64,000 nucleotides of DNA from Nannocystis bainbridge (GCF_028368995.1 NZ_JAQNDL010000001.1:3392001-3456000), one strand, 5' to 3'; shown: positions 48,151 through 58,362, counted from the first letter of the stretch. Numbers and translations: made by a program. The notes: a model not told the origin generated them from the sequence alone.

Positions 48151-50400
48151 ATGAACGATCACGCCTCGGACGACCGCAGCGGCCTCCTCGCTGCCACGCG
48201 CTACAGCTTCACCTGCAAGGGCACCCAGGGCGTCGTCTGGCACGTCCGCCGCTTCGACCTCGTCGAATCGATGTCCGAGCCCTACCGCCTCCACCTCGAG
48301 ATCCTCACCGACGACCTGTCCGTCGATCCGGGCGACCTCCTCGGGGCCGAGTGCGACTTCTTCATCGAGCGCGACGTCGCCGCCCGGGCCGTCTACGGCG
48401 TCGTCGCCCGCATGCAGGAGCTCGGCGTCGTCACCGACCGCCTCGTCCTCGGTATCGACCTCGTGCCCGCGCTCGCCTTGCTCGGCCAGGTCGTCAACAC
48501 CCGCTTCTTTCAGGAGCAGAACGTCCCCGACATCCTGCGCCAGGTGTTGGAGCCCGGGCTCGAGCTCGAGGGTCGGCGGCTGCGCCTCGACCTCGACGCC
48601 GCCGCTTACGAGCCGCGCGAGTACTGCGTCCAGTTCCGCGAGACCGACCTCGAGTTCGCCGCGCGGCTCATGCAGGAGGAGGGCATCCTCTACTACTTCG
48701 AGCACCCGGTGAACGGCGGCCCCGAGGTCCTCGTGCTCGCCGGCGGCAGCGACCGTTGCAAGCCGCTGCCGCTCGAGGGTGGGCGCGAGCAGATCGACTA
48801 CCTCGCGCGGCAGACCGGCACCGCCCTGCGTCAGTCGATCGACAGCCTGACCCCGACCTGGTCGCTGCGGACCACCTCGATCGTCCAGCGCGACTTCGAC
48901 TGGCTGCACCCCAGCGACTCGCCGTACCAGCGCGAGCGGCGATCGAAGGACCCTCGCGGCCGCGACCGCGAGGTCTACGACCACGACGAGCTGCGGCTCC
49001 ACCGCGACGACGGCGTCAAGCGGGCCAAGCGCAAGCTCGAGCAGCAGTCGGCCCAGACCCGCGTGTACCTCGGGACAGGCGACGTCACCGAGCTCGCGCC
49101 CGGCCACACCTTCACCCTCCTGGGTCACCCGCAGCCGCAGCTCGACCGCGAGTACCTGCTCGTGCGCGTGCGCCACCGCGGCGCCGCGCCCGAGGAGGAC
49201 ATGTACGCCAGCGCCCGCGGCGAGACCCGCTACGACAACGAGTTCGAGGCCATCCCCGCCGACGTGCCGTGGCGGCCCGAGCCCACCCTCACCCGTCCGC
49301 GCGCTCATGGGCCGCAGACCGCGATCGTCGTCGGCCCTGCCGGCGAAGAGGTGCACACCGACGAGCACGGGCGCATCAAGGTCCATTTTCACTGGGACCG
49401 GATCTCCCCCTTCGACGACACTGCCTCTTGCTGGATCCGCGTCGCCCAGAAGTGGGCCGGTCCATCGTGGGGCGCCGTCTTCATCCCGCGCGTCGGCATG
49501 GAGGTCCTCGTCGAATTCCTCGACGGCGACCCCGACCGCCCCGTCGTCACCGGTTGCGTCTACAACGGCCAGAACCGGCCGCCTTACGACCTGCCGCAGG
49601 AGAAGACCAAGAGCACGATGAAGTCCGACTCCAGCCCTGGCGGCGGTGGTTCGAACGAGATCCGCTTCGAGGACGCGGCCGGGGCCGAGGAGATCTTCAT
49701 CCACGGTCAGCTCGACATGAACACCGACGTCATCCGCGACACCACGCGCAAGAGCGGTCGCGACGACTCGAGCAACGTCGGTCGCCACCAGAAGGACGCC
49801 GTCGGGGTCAACCGCACCGCCAGCGTCGGCAACAACGAGACCATGACCGTCGGCGTCGACCAGTCGCTCACTGTCGGCAACAACCAGACGATCAGCGTCG
49901 GCGTCAACCAGAGCCTCACTGTCGGCTCGATGCAGAACGAGACTGTCGGCGCCAACCAGACGATCAGCGTCGGCGCCAACCAGAGCTCGACCATCGGCGC
50001 CAATCAGTCGACCACCGTCGGCGCCAGCATGACCCTCAGCGTCGGCGGCTCGATGAGCGTGACCGGCGGCGGCAGCAGCACCACCGGCATCGGCGGCAGC
50101 AGCAGCACCACGATCGGCGGCAACGACACCACCAGCGTCGGCGGCAGCAGCACCACCAACGTCGGCGGCGCCACCACGATGACCTTCTCCACCGCCCACG
50201 ACCTCAACGTCGGCGCCGCGCGGACCACCAACATCGGCGGCGGCGACACCCTCAACGTCACCGGCGCGCTGAAGATCACCGCCGCCTCGATCACGCTCTC
50301 GGCCGGCGGCTCGACCATCGACATCGGCCCGGGCGGTGTCACGATCTCCGCCGGCGCGATCGTCTCGATCACCGGCGCCATGGTCAATGTCAACACTTAG
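48151..50400 (+). CDS. vgrG: Type VI secretion spike protein VgrG
   Basis: ESMSEPY, R.FQ...VP.I, REYCVQFRETD..F..RL..EEGI.YYF, GPQTA.VVGP.GEE..TDEHGRIKV.FHWDR, SCWIRVAQ.WAG..WG..FIPRVGMEV, Gp5 C-terminal repeats. Confidence 0.96.
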   Translation: MNDHASDDRSGLLAATRYSFTCKGTQGVVWHVRRFDLVESMSEPYRLHLEILTDDLSVDPGDLLGAECDFFIERDVAARAVYGVVARMQELGVVTDRLVLGIDLVPALALLGQVVNTRFFQEQNVPDILRQVLEPGLELEGRRLRLDLDAAAYEPREYCVQFRETDLEFAARLMQEEGILYYFEHPVNGGPEVLVLAGGSDRCKPLPLEGGREQIDYLARQTGTALRQSIDSLTPTWSLRTTSIVQRDFDWLHPSDSPYQRERRSKDPRGRDREVYDHDELRLHRDDGVKRAKRKLEQQSAQTRVYLGTGDVTELAPGHTFTLLGHPQPQLDREYLLVRVRHRGAAPEEDMYASARGETRYDNEFEAIPADVPWRPEPTLTRPRAHGPQTAIVVGPAGEEVHTDEHGRIKVHFHWDRISPFDDTASCWIRVAQKWAGPSWGAVFIPRVGMEVLVEFLDGDPDRPVVTGCVYNGQNRPPYDLPQEKTKSTMKSDSSPGGGGSNEIRFEDAAGAEEIFIHGQLDMNTDVIRDTTRKSGRDDSSNVGRHQKDAVGVNRTASVGNNETMTVGVDQSLTVGNNQTISVGVNQSLTVGSMQNETVGANQTISVGANQSSTIGANQSTTVGASMTLSVGGSMSVTGGGSSTTGIGGSSSTTIGGNDTTSVGGSSTTNVGGATTMTFSTAHDLNVGAARTTNIGGGDTLNVTGALKITAASITLSAGGSTIDIGPGGVTISAGAIVSITGAMVNVNT

Positions 50401-51673
50401 CCGACTCGCCTGCGCGCTCGCGTGGATGGCCGCCTGCGGCCCCGCGGCGCCCGGCGAGAGCAGCGGCTCCGACACCGAGGTCACCACCGCCGAGGTCACC
50501 ACCTCCGAGGTCACCACCTCCGTGGTCACCACCTCCGGCGATGCGCCGACCACCGGCGGCGGGCCGCTCGACTGCGACGCCGTGTGCGACGCGCCCTGGA
50601 CCTTCGAGGGCCACCTCTCGATCACCCCGGAGCTCGACCCGGCGCAGTTCGAGTGCATGCGCGAGGTCACCGGCAACCTCCACCTGACCGGCTTCACCGG
50701 CCCGCTCCCGACCCAGCTGCGCGCGCTCCAGCGGGTCGGCGGATTCATGGTCGTGTTCGCCAACGACGGCCTCGCCGACCTCGCGGGGCTCGAGTGCCTG
50801 CGCCGCAGCGAGGCCCTGTTCCTCGAGGAGAACCCCGCGCTGGTCGACGTCGCTGCGCTCGCCGGCATGGAGGCGACCACGTCCCTGGCCGTGCACCTGT
50901 GCGACGCCCTCGCCGACCTCTCGCCGCTGGCGAACCTCACCGGCGTCCGCCAGCTCAGCTTCCGCTCCGACCCGGTCCTCGCCACGCTGCCCGCGTTGCC
51001 GGTCGGGACCGTGCTCGACCGCCTGACGGTCGAACATTGCCCCGCGCTGAAAGACCTCGACGCCTTGGCCGGCGTCCGCGGCACGCCCCTGGTGATCCAG
51101 CTGCTGCGCTCGTCCGGGCTCGTCAGCATCGCCGGCCTCGGCGGGCTGTGGGACGCGGGCGATCTGTCGAGCGCGATGTTGATCTTGCACGACCTCCCGC
51201 AGCTCGGGTCACTCGCCGGCCTCGAGGCCCTGCCCGCCGCCGGCACGCTCGAGCTGTCCGCGTTGCCGCAGCTCGACTCGCTGGCGCCGCTCGCCGGCCT
51301 GCGCGCGGTCGAAGAGCTGCAGCTCCACGATCTCCCGGCCCTGAAGTCGTTGGCGGGCATGACCGGCCTCGAGCGCCTCGGCACCCTGCAGATCGGCCGC
51401 TGCGAGCCCGACAGCGGCCTCCCGATCGTCGATCTCGCCGGCCTCGACGCGGTGACCGAGCTGCACGCGATCCACCTCGACGACAACCCCGCGTTGCAGT
51501 CGCTCGCCGGCCTCGACGCGCTCGTCACCGGCCCTGACGAGGTCATCGCCGTCGACAATCCCGTGCTCGATCCGGCTGCGTTCGCCGCCTTCGTCGCCGC
51601 GCACGCCGTGCCCACCAGTTGCCACAGCCCACCCGGGGCGTGCAGCTGCGACTGGGCCGACGCCGTGCCGTGA
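50387..51673 (+). CDS. Lipoprotein with leucine-rich / receptor L-domain repeats
   Basis: Lipobox MAAC; repeated L.SL.GLE.L and NP.L motifs. Confidence 0.85.
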   Translation: MSTLSRLACALAWMAACGPAAPGESSGSDTEVTTAEVTTSEVTTSVVTTSGDAPTTGGGPLDCDAVCDAPWTFEGHLSITPELDPAQFECMREVTGNLHLTGFTGPLPTQLRALQRVGGFMVVFANDGLADLAGLECLRRSEALFLEENPALVDVAALAGMEATTSLAVHLCDALADLSPLANLTGVRQLSFRSDPVLATLPALPVGTVLDRLTVEHCPALKDLDALAGVRGTPLVIQLLRSSGLVSIAGLGGLWDAGDLSSAMLILHDLPQLGSLAGLEALPAAGTLELSALPQLDSLAPLAGLRAVEELQLHDLPALKSLAGMTGLERLGTLQIGRCEPDSGLPIVDLAGLDAVTELHAIHLDDNPALQSLAGLDALVTGPDEVIAVDNPVLDPAAFAAFVAAHAVPTSCHSPPGACSCDWADAVP

Positions 51674-51870
51674 TTCGCCCTGCCACGGGCATGCCTGGTC
51701 TCCTGTCGTGACCCGGCGCGGCGGGTCCGCGACGAACGTCCCTCCTTTCCGCGCCCGTGCGGGCCGCCTCGGTGCAAATGTCCTTCGAGACAGGTTGCTC
51801 GGGGCAGCATGCGGCCGCCGGTCCGTGAGGTCGTGTTGCGCGGCGTGGCGTCGCCGCGTATCGTCGCGGC

Positions 51871-53019
51871 ATGGCTTGGGCGAAGCGATTGTCGTTGTGT
51901 CTCGGTGCTCTCTCGGCGTGCGATCCGCAGCAAGGCGGGACCTCGGCGTCGGCCGGCGAGACCACGACCTCCACCGACGCATCCACGACGAGCGGCACGG
52001 ACGCCTCGACCGCCGGCACCGAGGCGACGACCGAGGCCACGCCCACCACCGGCGAGCCGGGCGAGCCGCTCGGCTGCGCCGACGTGCGCTGGGCCTACGA
52101 CGTGGCCAAGTTCCAGGCCATCAGCGACCTGGCCGTCGACTCGCGCGGGCACGTGCGCGCCACCCTGAGCGGCGCCGAGGTGTTTCGCGTGCTCGACCTC
52201 GACACCGGCGGCGTCGAGGTCGGCGCGTTCGAGGTCTCGAGCGTCGACGCTTTCGTCCGCTGGGGCGGGCTCGACGGCGACGACAACGTGGTGCTGCAGG
52301 TGCAAGAGGACGGCCCGCAGTGGCCCCGCGACTGGGTCCGCAAGTTCTCGCTGGACGGCGCGCTGCTGTGGGAGGTCGAGTTCGCGGCGAAGAGCGACGG
52401 GTTCCCGGTCGGCCGTCCGGCGCCCGGCCCCGATGGTTCGGTGCTGGTCTCGCGCTCGGGCTCCCTTCACAAGTTCGCCGCCGACGGCTCGCCGGTGTGG
52501 GAGCAGGCCAACCTCGACGGTCTGCAGCCCTTCGCGGTCAACGCGGCCGGCGTCAGCGTCGCATGGTTGCTGGCGACCAAGATCGTGCGCGTGCTCGATC
52601 CCGCCGGCATCCCGCTGTGGCAGGCCGAATGGGGCCAGGAGGGGCTGGCCGATCGCTTCATCGTGCTCGACGGCGCCGGCGACGTCGTCGTCGGCGAGCA
52701 GCACCACGGCCTGGCGCGGTTCAGCGGCGACGGCGCGCTCGCGTGGGAGAAGACCGAGGCCGAGCTCGGGCTGCGGATCGACGGGCTGGTGATGAACGAG
52801 GCCGGGCAGCTGGCCGTGCTCGGCCTCCCGGACACCGGCCCGCAGGTGGTCGTGTCCTTCGGCCCCGACGGCGCCGAGGTCGGCCGCCGCGCTTGCACCC
52901 AGCTCTCCCACGTCGGAGAGCTGGCGATCGACGCCGCGGGCCGGGTGACGATCGCCGGCTACGACTTCATCGCCGAGAACGGCCAGTTCGACTGGTGGAT
53001 CGTCGCGTTCGACGGTTGA
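51871..53019 (+). CDS. Beta-propeller lipoprotein
   Basis: Lipobox LSAC; Thr-rich stalk; KF..DG..LW repeats. Confidence 0.8.
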   Translation: MAWAKRLSLCLGALSACDPQQGGTSASAGETTTSTDASTTSGTDASTAGTEATTEATPTTGEPGEPLGCADVRWAYDVAKFQAISDLAVDSRGHVRATLSGAEVFRVLDLDTGGVEVGAFEVSSVDAFVRWGGLDGDDNVVLQVQEDGPQWPRDWVRKFSLDGALLWEVEFAAKSDGFPVGRPAPGPDGSVLVSRSGSLHKFAADGSPVWEQANLDGLQPFAVNAAGVSVAWLLATKIVRVLDPAGIPLWQAEWGQEGLADRFIVLDGAGDVVVGEQHHGLARFSGDGALAWEKTEAELGLRIDGLVMNEAGQLAVLGLPDTGPQVVVSFGPDGAEVGRRACTQLSHVGELAIDAAGRVTIAGYDFIAENGQFDWWIVAFDG

Positions 53020-53029
53020 TGTGTTCTCA

Positions 53030-53144
53030 AAAACATGTCCATTCGGACATGTCATAAAGAACACGTCACCACGGACAGAGCCCGGAGACATGTCTCTTCG
53101 GGCATAGCCCGCTCGGCCCGTCACATGTCCCTTCGGACATGTGC
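53030..53144. repeat. GACATGTC 14-bp-period array between convergent genes
   Basis: Units at 53034, 53048, 53062, 53076, 53089, 53103, 53124 and 53138. Confidence 0.88.
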
Positions 53145-53196
53145 CGGAGGCTCACGGCGGAGGACGCGCGGCTCGGCGCCGCGCGTCTCCTGGCCC

Positions 53197-54252
53197 TCAG
53201 GACAGGTTCGAAGCCGCCTGCAGCGTGCTCAGCAGTTCGCGCCAGGCGGTCAGCTCGGGGCGGCCGGGTTTGCGCTCGCCGAACAGCAGGGCGATGTTGT
53301 CGCCCGCGGCGTCGAACAGCTCGAGCGAGGTGACGACGCCGTCGTCGGTCGGCTTGTCGACGACAAAGGCGCTGGCGACCAGGTCGCGGCGGAGGTGGAG
53401 GTTGAAGCCCGGGTCGAGCACGTTGATCCACGGGCCCATCGGCACGATCTTGCGCACGGGGCCGGTGTGGATCTGGATGCACCCGGGGCTGCCGACGAAG
53501 ATCATGATCGGCAGCTCGCTGGCGGCCGCGCTGTTCAGGACCGCCTCGATGCTGTCCGTGGCGACCGGGCGGACGAAGCCCTCGGGCGCGAGGCGCATCG
53601 CCTGCAGGCGCGCCACCCCGGACTTGCGCAGCAGGCCGAAGAACTCGTGGGTGTCGCGCAGGCCCCGCCAACCGGCCTGAAACGCCGCGACGTCGACCTC
53701 GGCGTCGGGCGTCTCGGCCTTGCGGGGCGGCCGCGGGGTCAGGCGGATCGTCGGCTCCTGGTGCTCCGCGCGGAAGATGTCGACGAGCTGGCGGTACTCG
53801 GCCAGCTCGGTCTTCTCCTTGGCGTAGATCTTGTGGACCGCGTCGCCGTGGGCGTCGAAGAAATGCAGGCTCTGCTTGCCGTCCTCGTCGACCGCGAACC
53901 CGTGGGCCCACTGCGACAGGAAGATCCGCAGATCGATCGGCCCGTCGCCGTGCACGATCCCGTGCGGGCCCGAGATCTCCGGCTCGGTGTACTCGCCGGT
54001 CTTCTCGTGCACGGCGCTCTCGTTGCGGGTGAGCGCCATGACCTCGCCGAGCAGCGGCAGCCGGCGCAAGATGGCCGGCCAGTCGTCGATGAGGCGCACG
54101 GTGGTGGTGCCGCACTCGGTCGCGCGCAGCTCGGCCTCGCTGACGCCGAGGCGGGTGGCGGCGTCGCGGATCCGCAGCTTCGGCTCGCTGGCGCGGAGGT
54201 CACGCCAGGCGTGGGCGAGGTTGTTCGAGGGGGTCGGGGTGGCAGGTTGCAT
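53197..54252 (-). CDS. hemS: Hemin-degrading/transport protein HemS/ChuS
   Basis: RIRDAA..LGVSEAEL, MALTRNESAVHEKTG, IDLRIF, AVHKIY, DTHEFF, IMIFVG..GCIQIHTG, FNLHL, FGERKPG.PE...WR. Confidence 0.95.
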   Translation of the reverse strand: MQPATPTPSNNLAHAWRDLRASEPKLRIRDAATRLGVSEAELRATECGTTTVRLIDDWPAILRRLPLLGEVMALTRNESAVHEKTGEYTEPEISGPHGIVHGDGPIDLRIFLSQWAHGFAVDEDGKQSLHFFDAHGDAVHKIYAKEKTELAEYRQLVDIFRAEHQEPTIRLTPRPPRKAETPDAEVDVAAFQAGWRGLRDTHEFFGLLRKSGVARLQAMRLAPEGFVRPVATDSIEAVLNSAAASELPIMIFVGSPGCIQIHTGPVRKIVPMGPWINVLDPGFNLHLRRDLVASAFVVDKPTDDGVVTSLELFDAAGDNIALLFGERKPGRPELTAWRELLSTLQAASNLS

Positions 54253-54290
54253 GGCGGGGTCCGTCGCGGCTTTCAGAGTATGGATCGGGA

Positions 54291-54905
54291 TCAGGGCAGC
54301 GCTGCCCAGCGGAAGCTGACGAACCCGGGCGTGCCGGCCTCGTCGTAGAAGCCCAGCATCTCGAGCTTGAAGTGATTGCCCTCGGGCGTGCGGACCACGT
54401 ACACGCGGTCGGCCTTGGGCGCGAGCGTGTGGTCCATGATGTTGTAGTCGAACCAGTTGTCGAAGGCGTAGCCGGGCTCGACGTTGGCCATCTCGCCGCC
54501 GGTGCCGGGGCCCTGGGCCTCGTCGGCGATCCAGCCGTCGGCCGGGACGGCGGTGACGGCGTCGAAGCTGGTGCCGTCGAGGATCGCGACCTCGACGCCG
54601 CCCTTGCCCGAGGTGCCGCCGTTCGACTTGACGTTGAAGCGCAGCGCCGCCAGGTCCCACACCTGGTCGTCGTCGGCGTCGGCCGGCTCCACGGCGCCCT
54701 TCGACTCGAAGTCGAAGTACGTCCACGCCTCCTCGCTGGTCGAGTCGATGATCGACTCGTAGCTGCCGTCGCCGAGGTCCTCGGTGACGACCGGGCCGTC
54801 GGTCGGCAGCTCGTCGCCGTCGGTGGTGTCGGAGGCCGAGCTTTCGGTGCAAGCGGGCAGGGCGGCGGCGGCGAGCGCCAACGAGAGCAGCAGGGGGCGG
54901 GTCAT
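54291..54905 (-). CDS. HmuY-family heme-binding lipoprotein
   Basis: Lipobox LPAC; W.YFDF, WDLA..R..VK.NGG.SG.G, WFDY...H.L, VYVVRT..G..FKL....FY..AGT.G..SFRW. Confidence 0.88.
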   Translation of the reverse strand: MTRPLLLSLALAAAALPACTESSASDTTDGDELPTDGPVVTEDLGDGSYESIIDSTSEEAWTYFDFESKGAVEPADADDDQVWDLAALRFNVKSNGGTSGKGGVEVAILDGTSFDAVTAVPADGWIADEAQGPGTGGEMANVEPGYAFDNWFDYNIMDHTLAPKADRVYVVRTPEGNHFKLEMLGFYDEAGTPGFVSFRWAALP

Positions 54906-56860
54906 GGCTTACGTGTCCTTTTGGGCAGGTCGGTGCGGATGCGGGCCGAGATCCCGCCGTAGAACAGGCGGGGTACCAGCGGCAAGTAGGCGGCGTCGCC
55001 GGCGTTGAGCAGGTTGTCGACGCCGGCGAAGAAGGTCAGCTTGCCGCCGAGGATGTCCTGGGCGACGCGCACGTCGAGGTTGGCGTACGGCGACACGCGC
55101 AGCGGCTCCTCGACGCCGTCGCCGTCGTTGTCGCCGTAGTAGAACTGCTTGCCGAACACCGCCGTGCGGACCTGGGCCGAGGTGCCCCAGCGCGGGTGCT
55201 TCCAGCGCACGCGCGCGCTCGAGTGGTGCATCGGCCGGCCGGGCAGGCGCCGCTTCAGCTCGAGGTCGCGGGCGTCGGTGAACGTGTAGCTGACCTCGGC
55301 GTCGACCATGTCGGTGAACTTGACCGCCAGCGCCGCCTCGACGCCCTGGCTGCGCGCCGCGCCGACGTTGGTGTACTGGAACGCGTTGTCGGAGCCGAGC
55401 ATCAAGGTCGTCGCGTCGAGCGCGATCAGGTCCTTGAGGCGGTGGTGGAAATAATCGAAGGTCAGGGTGCGGCCGGGCGACAGCCGCCAGGCCACGCCAG
55501 CGGTGGCGCTGCGCGCCGTCTCGGCCTTGAGCTCGGGGTTGCCGGTCACGCGGTAGCCGGCGGCCGGGTTGGCGAACGCGAGGTAGAGCTCGCGGAAGCT
55601 CGGGGCGCGGAAGCCGAGGCCGGCGCTGGCCCGCAGCGTGAAGCTCTCGGCCGGGTCGATGCGGAACGCCAGGCGCGGCGAGCCGTAGCCGCCGAACTGC
55701 GAGTCGAGGTCGAGGCGCACGCCGGGCACGACGATGATCAGCGGCTTGAGGGCGATCTTCCACTCGTCCTGGGCGTAGAGGGCGAACCGCTGGCGGTCGG
55801 ACGAGGCGGTGGCGAGCCGCGGGGTCGAGAGATACTCGAGCTGGGTCTCGATGCCGGCGCTGAACAGGTGACGGCCGGCGATCATGTGGTCGTACTGGGC
55901 GCCGAACTGGCCGAGCGTGTCCTTGGTGCGCTGGGCCTGGTCGAGCGCGCTGGACTTGCGCTGGTCGAGCACGAAGTTGTCGTCGAAGTGGGCCAGGTGG
56001 GCGACCAGCCGCAGCCGCGCGGGCGCGTCCCAGGTGATCTCGGGGATGAAGCTGACGGATGTCGTTTGGGTCAGGTTGTTGCGGTCGAACACCGCGCCGG
56101 CGGCGTTGCTGTCGATGCCGTGGAGGTCGCGCCGCTGGTAGTCGGCGATGAGGCCGAGGTTGACGTCGCGGCGCACGCGGAACTCGGTCCGCTGCGAGGC
56201 GTTGAAGGAGTGGCCGCGGGCGCCGGTGGTCGAGGGCGTGCTGCGGTCGCGGTCGAAGCCGGCGGTGTAGTGCCAGCCGGCGCTCCAGCGGGTGCTCCAG
56301 CGCCCGCGCGCCCCGCCGATGGTGGCGCTCAGGTCGGAGGTGTGGAAGCTGCCGTAGCGGGCCCGCGCGTCGACCTCGAGCTTCCGCGAGGCCCGGCGGG
56401 TGATGATGTTGATGACGCCCGCGATCGCGTCGGCGCCGTACAGCGAGCTGCCGGGGCCCTTGACGATCTCGACCTGGGCGATGTCCTCGGCCGGGAAGCG
56501 CGAGAGGTCGAGCACGCCGCCGACCCTGCCGGTCGCGCGCTGACCGTCGACGAGGATCAGCACGTACTTGGAGTCGAGGCCCTGCATCTGGATGCCGACC
56601 CCGCCAGCGCCGGCGAAGCTGCGAATGATCTGCAGGCCCGGCTGCTCCTCGAGCACGCCCGCCAGCGTCTCCGCCCCCGAGGCCTCGATCGCGGCCCGGT
56701 CGACCACCCGCGTCGACACTGCGACGTCGCCGATCGCCTGCTCGGTCCGCGCCGAGGTGACCACCACCGTCTTGCTCTCCTTCGGCGGCCGCACGTCAGG
56801 CCGCTCCCGTCGCGGCGGGGCCGCGTGCACGGGGGTCGCGGTGGTCGCAGTCAGCAGCAT
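54902..56860 (-). CDS. TonB-dependent receptor (heme/iron)
   Basis: VVVTSART, LILVDG, IAQVEIVKGPGSSLYGADAIAGVINIITR, GFRAPSFRELY, GNPELKAE, GVDNL. Start uncertain; frame open to 56962. Confidence 0.93.
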   Translation of the reverse strand: MLLTATTATPVHAAPPRRERPDVRPPKESKTVVVTSARTEQAIGDVAVSTRVVDRAAIEASGAETLAGVLEEQPGLQIIRSFAGAGGVGIQMQGLDSKYVLILVDGQRATGRVGGVLDLSRFPAEDIAQVEIVKGPGSSLYGADAIAGVINIITRRASRKLEVDARARYGSFHTSDLSATIGGARGRWSTRWSAGWHYTAGFDRDRSTPSTTGARGHSFNASQRTEFRVRRDVNLGLIADYQRRDLHGIDSNAAGAVFDRNNLTQTTSVSFIPEITWDAPARLRLVAHLAHFDDNFVLDQRKSSALDQAQRTKDTLGQFGAQYDHMIAGRHLFSAGIETQLEYLSTPRLATASSDRQRFALYAQDEWKIALKPLIIVVPGVRLDLDSQFGGYGSPRLAFRIDPAESFTLRASAGLGFRAPSFRELYLAFANPAAGYRVTGNPELKAETARSATAGVAWRLSPGRTLTFDYFHHRLKDLIALDATTLMLGSDNAFQYTNVGAARSQGVEAALAVKFTDMVDAEVSYTFTDARDLELKRRLPGRPMHHSSARVRWKHPRWGTSAQVRTAVFGKQFYYGDNDGDGVEEPLRVSPYANLDVRVAQDILGGKLTFFAGVDNLLNAGDAAYLPLVPRLFYGGISARIRTDLPKRTRKP

Positions 56861-56884
56861 GGCGAGCAGCGGCAGCGCCGATGG

Positions 56885-56980
56885 AAAATGAAAACTGATT
56901 TCAAATTGATCGACAGCCACGCCGTGGGCGTCAAGACCGCGCGCCGTGATGTTTCTCCTCATTGATAATCATTATCATTT
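56885..56980. promoter_or_regulatory. Fur boxes upstream of the heme uptake operon
   Basis: ATTGATAATCATTATCATT (56961-56979) closely matches the Fur consensus GATAATGATAATCATTATC; second site TGAAAACTGATTTCAA at 56889-56904. Confidence 0.85.
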
Positions 56981-57014
56981 GCACGAGAAAACCCGCGCGG
57001 CCGGCGAAGCGGCG

Positions 57015-57377
57015 ATGAAGGCGGGCGCGCGCCGGGAGCGACGCTTCGTGCTCGCCCTGGTGGCGATGCTGCTGCTGGTGCCGCCCATCGTACGCGAGCT
57101 TTATCCGCTCTCGCTGCCGTCGATGTTCTCGCGGGCAATCGTCCGCCTGGCGGTCTACGAGGCGAGAGATCCTCGCGGAGCGCCGGCGCCGCTCGAGCCG
57201 CTGCGCCTGCACGTGCCGGAGTGGCACGACCCGCCCGTCCGCACGCTCGGTCGTGACGGCTACGGCCGCCGCAAGCCGACCAGCGTGCAGGTGCTCGGCG
57301 AGGTCGCCAGCGCGGCCGAGGTCCAGCGCGTGGTCCGCTGGGCGCTGCGCCACGACCCGTCGCTGCCGCCGCCGTGA
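57015..57377 (+). CDS. Small hypothetical membrane-anchored protein
   Basis: N-terminal hydrophobic helix; divergent from the TonB operon. Confidence 0.45.
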   Translation: MKAGARRERRFVLALVAMLLLVPPIVRELYPLSLPSMFSRAIVRLAVYEARDPRGAPAPLEPLRLHVPEWHDPPVRTLGRDGYGRRKPTSVQVLGEVASAAEVQRVVRWALRHDPSLPPP

Positions 57378-57467
57378 CGGTGACGCCGACGGTGATGGGC
57401 CGCGACGCATCCGGCGCGCTGGCGGTGCTGTCGCGGGCGGAGTGGACGATCGCGCGCTGACCCACGG

Positions 57468-57546
57468 CGACATGGTCGATGCGACATGTCCCGTGAGCCA
57501 TACCAATCCCGGCGATGTCTTTACGACATGTCCCATGAGACATGCG
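57468..57546. repeat. GACATGTC 14-bp-period array
   Basis: Units at 57471, 57485, 57499, 57527 and 57541; 57470-57488 is identical to 25504-25522. Confidence 0.88.
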
Positions 57547-57580
57547 TCGCGTCGCTCGCGACGGCCCCTGGCGCGGCTCG

Positions 57581-58336
57581 TCAGCAGGTCCGGCCGCGGC
57601 TGCGCACCTGGGCCGCGAGGCCGTCGAGCAGGCGCTGCAGGCCGAACTCGATCTCGGGCGGGAGGCCGCCCTGGACCGGCTCCGCCGCGAATACGGGGCC
57701 GCCGAACACGGCCGCCAGCGTCGGGTAGCGCGACACGTCGACCAGCGACACGACCATGCGCTGGTACTCGGCCTCGGCGCGGGCCGGGTCGGTGGCGCCG
57801 CGGTACATGTCCTGCTGCGCCTGGCTCATGCCGCGCACGGCGGACACGGTGAACATCGCGGCCGACATCGCCTCGAGGCCGTCGAGGCCGCCCGCGGTCA
57901 TCGCCCGCAGCAGCCGCTCGAGCCAGGCGAGCTGGTTGGGGCCGAGCGGCGGGTGGTCGAAATGCAGGCGCAGCAGCCACGGGTGGGCCGCGAACACCCC
58001 CCAGAGGTCGGTCGCCCACGCCAGCACGCTGGCCCGCCAGTCCTCGCCGCGATCGGCAGGCGGCTGGCCGACGACCGCGTCCGCCATCGCCTCGAGCAGC
58101 AGGTCCTTGCTCGGCACGTGGTTGTAGAGCGACATCGTCGTGTAGCCCAGCTCGGCCGCGACGCGCTGCATCGACACCGCCGCGAGCCCCTCGGCGTCCG
58201 CCAGCGCGATCGCGGCCTCGACCAGGCGCTCGAGGCTGAGCTGCGCCTTCGGCCCGCGACGGCCCGGTCGCCCGCGCCCCCACAGCAGGTCGGCGCTGCG
58301 CCTCAAGTCGTGCGAGTCGTCGTCGTCGGTCGCCAT
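57581..58336 (-). CDS. TetR-family transcriptional regulator
   Basis: RRGPK..LS...V.AAI.LAD.EGL.AVSM.RVA.ELG..TMSLY.HV.SK; HPW; FGL..LLDG. Confidence 0.93.
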   Translation of the reverse strand: MATDDDDSHDLRRSADLLWGRGRPGRRGPKAQLSLERLVEAAIALADAEGLAAVSMQRVAAELGYTTMSLYNHVPSKDLLLEAMADAVVGQPPADRGEDWRASVLAWATDLWGVFAAHPWLLRLHFDHPPLGPNQLAWLERLLRAMTAGGLDGLEAMSAAMFTVSAVRGMSQAQQDMYRGATDPARAEAEYQRMVVSLVDVSRYPTLAAVFGGPVFAAEPVQGGLPPEIEFGLQRLLDGLAAQVRSRGRTC

Positions 58337-58362
58337 CCGGCCCCGCGGAGGGTCCGCGTTTT

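Noticed and set aside
49780-50260. Tandem repeats at the vgrG 3' end as a separate element
   Set aside because: They encode the ordinary Gp5-type beta-helix repeats.
47956-53124. 1722-aa minus-strand ORF
   Set aside because: Antisense shadow of vgrG and two lipoprotein genes; no recognisable domain.
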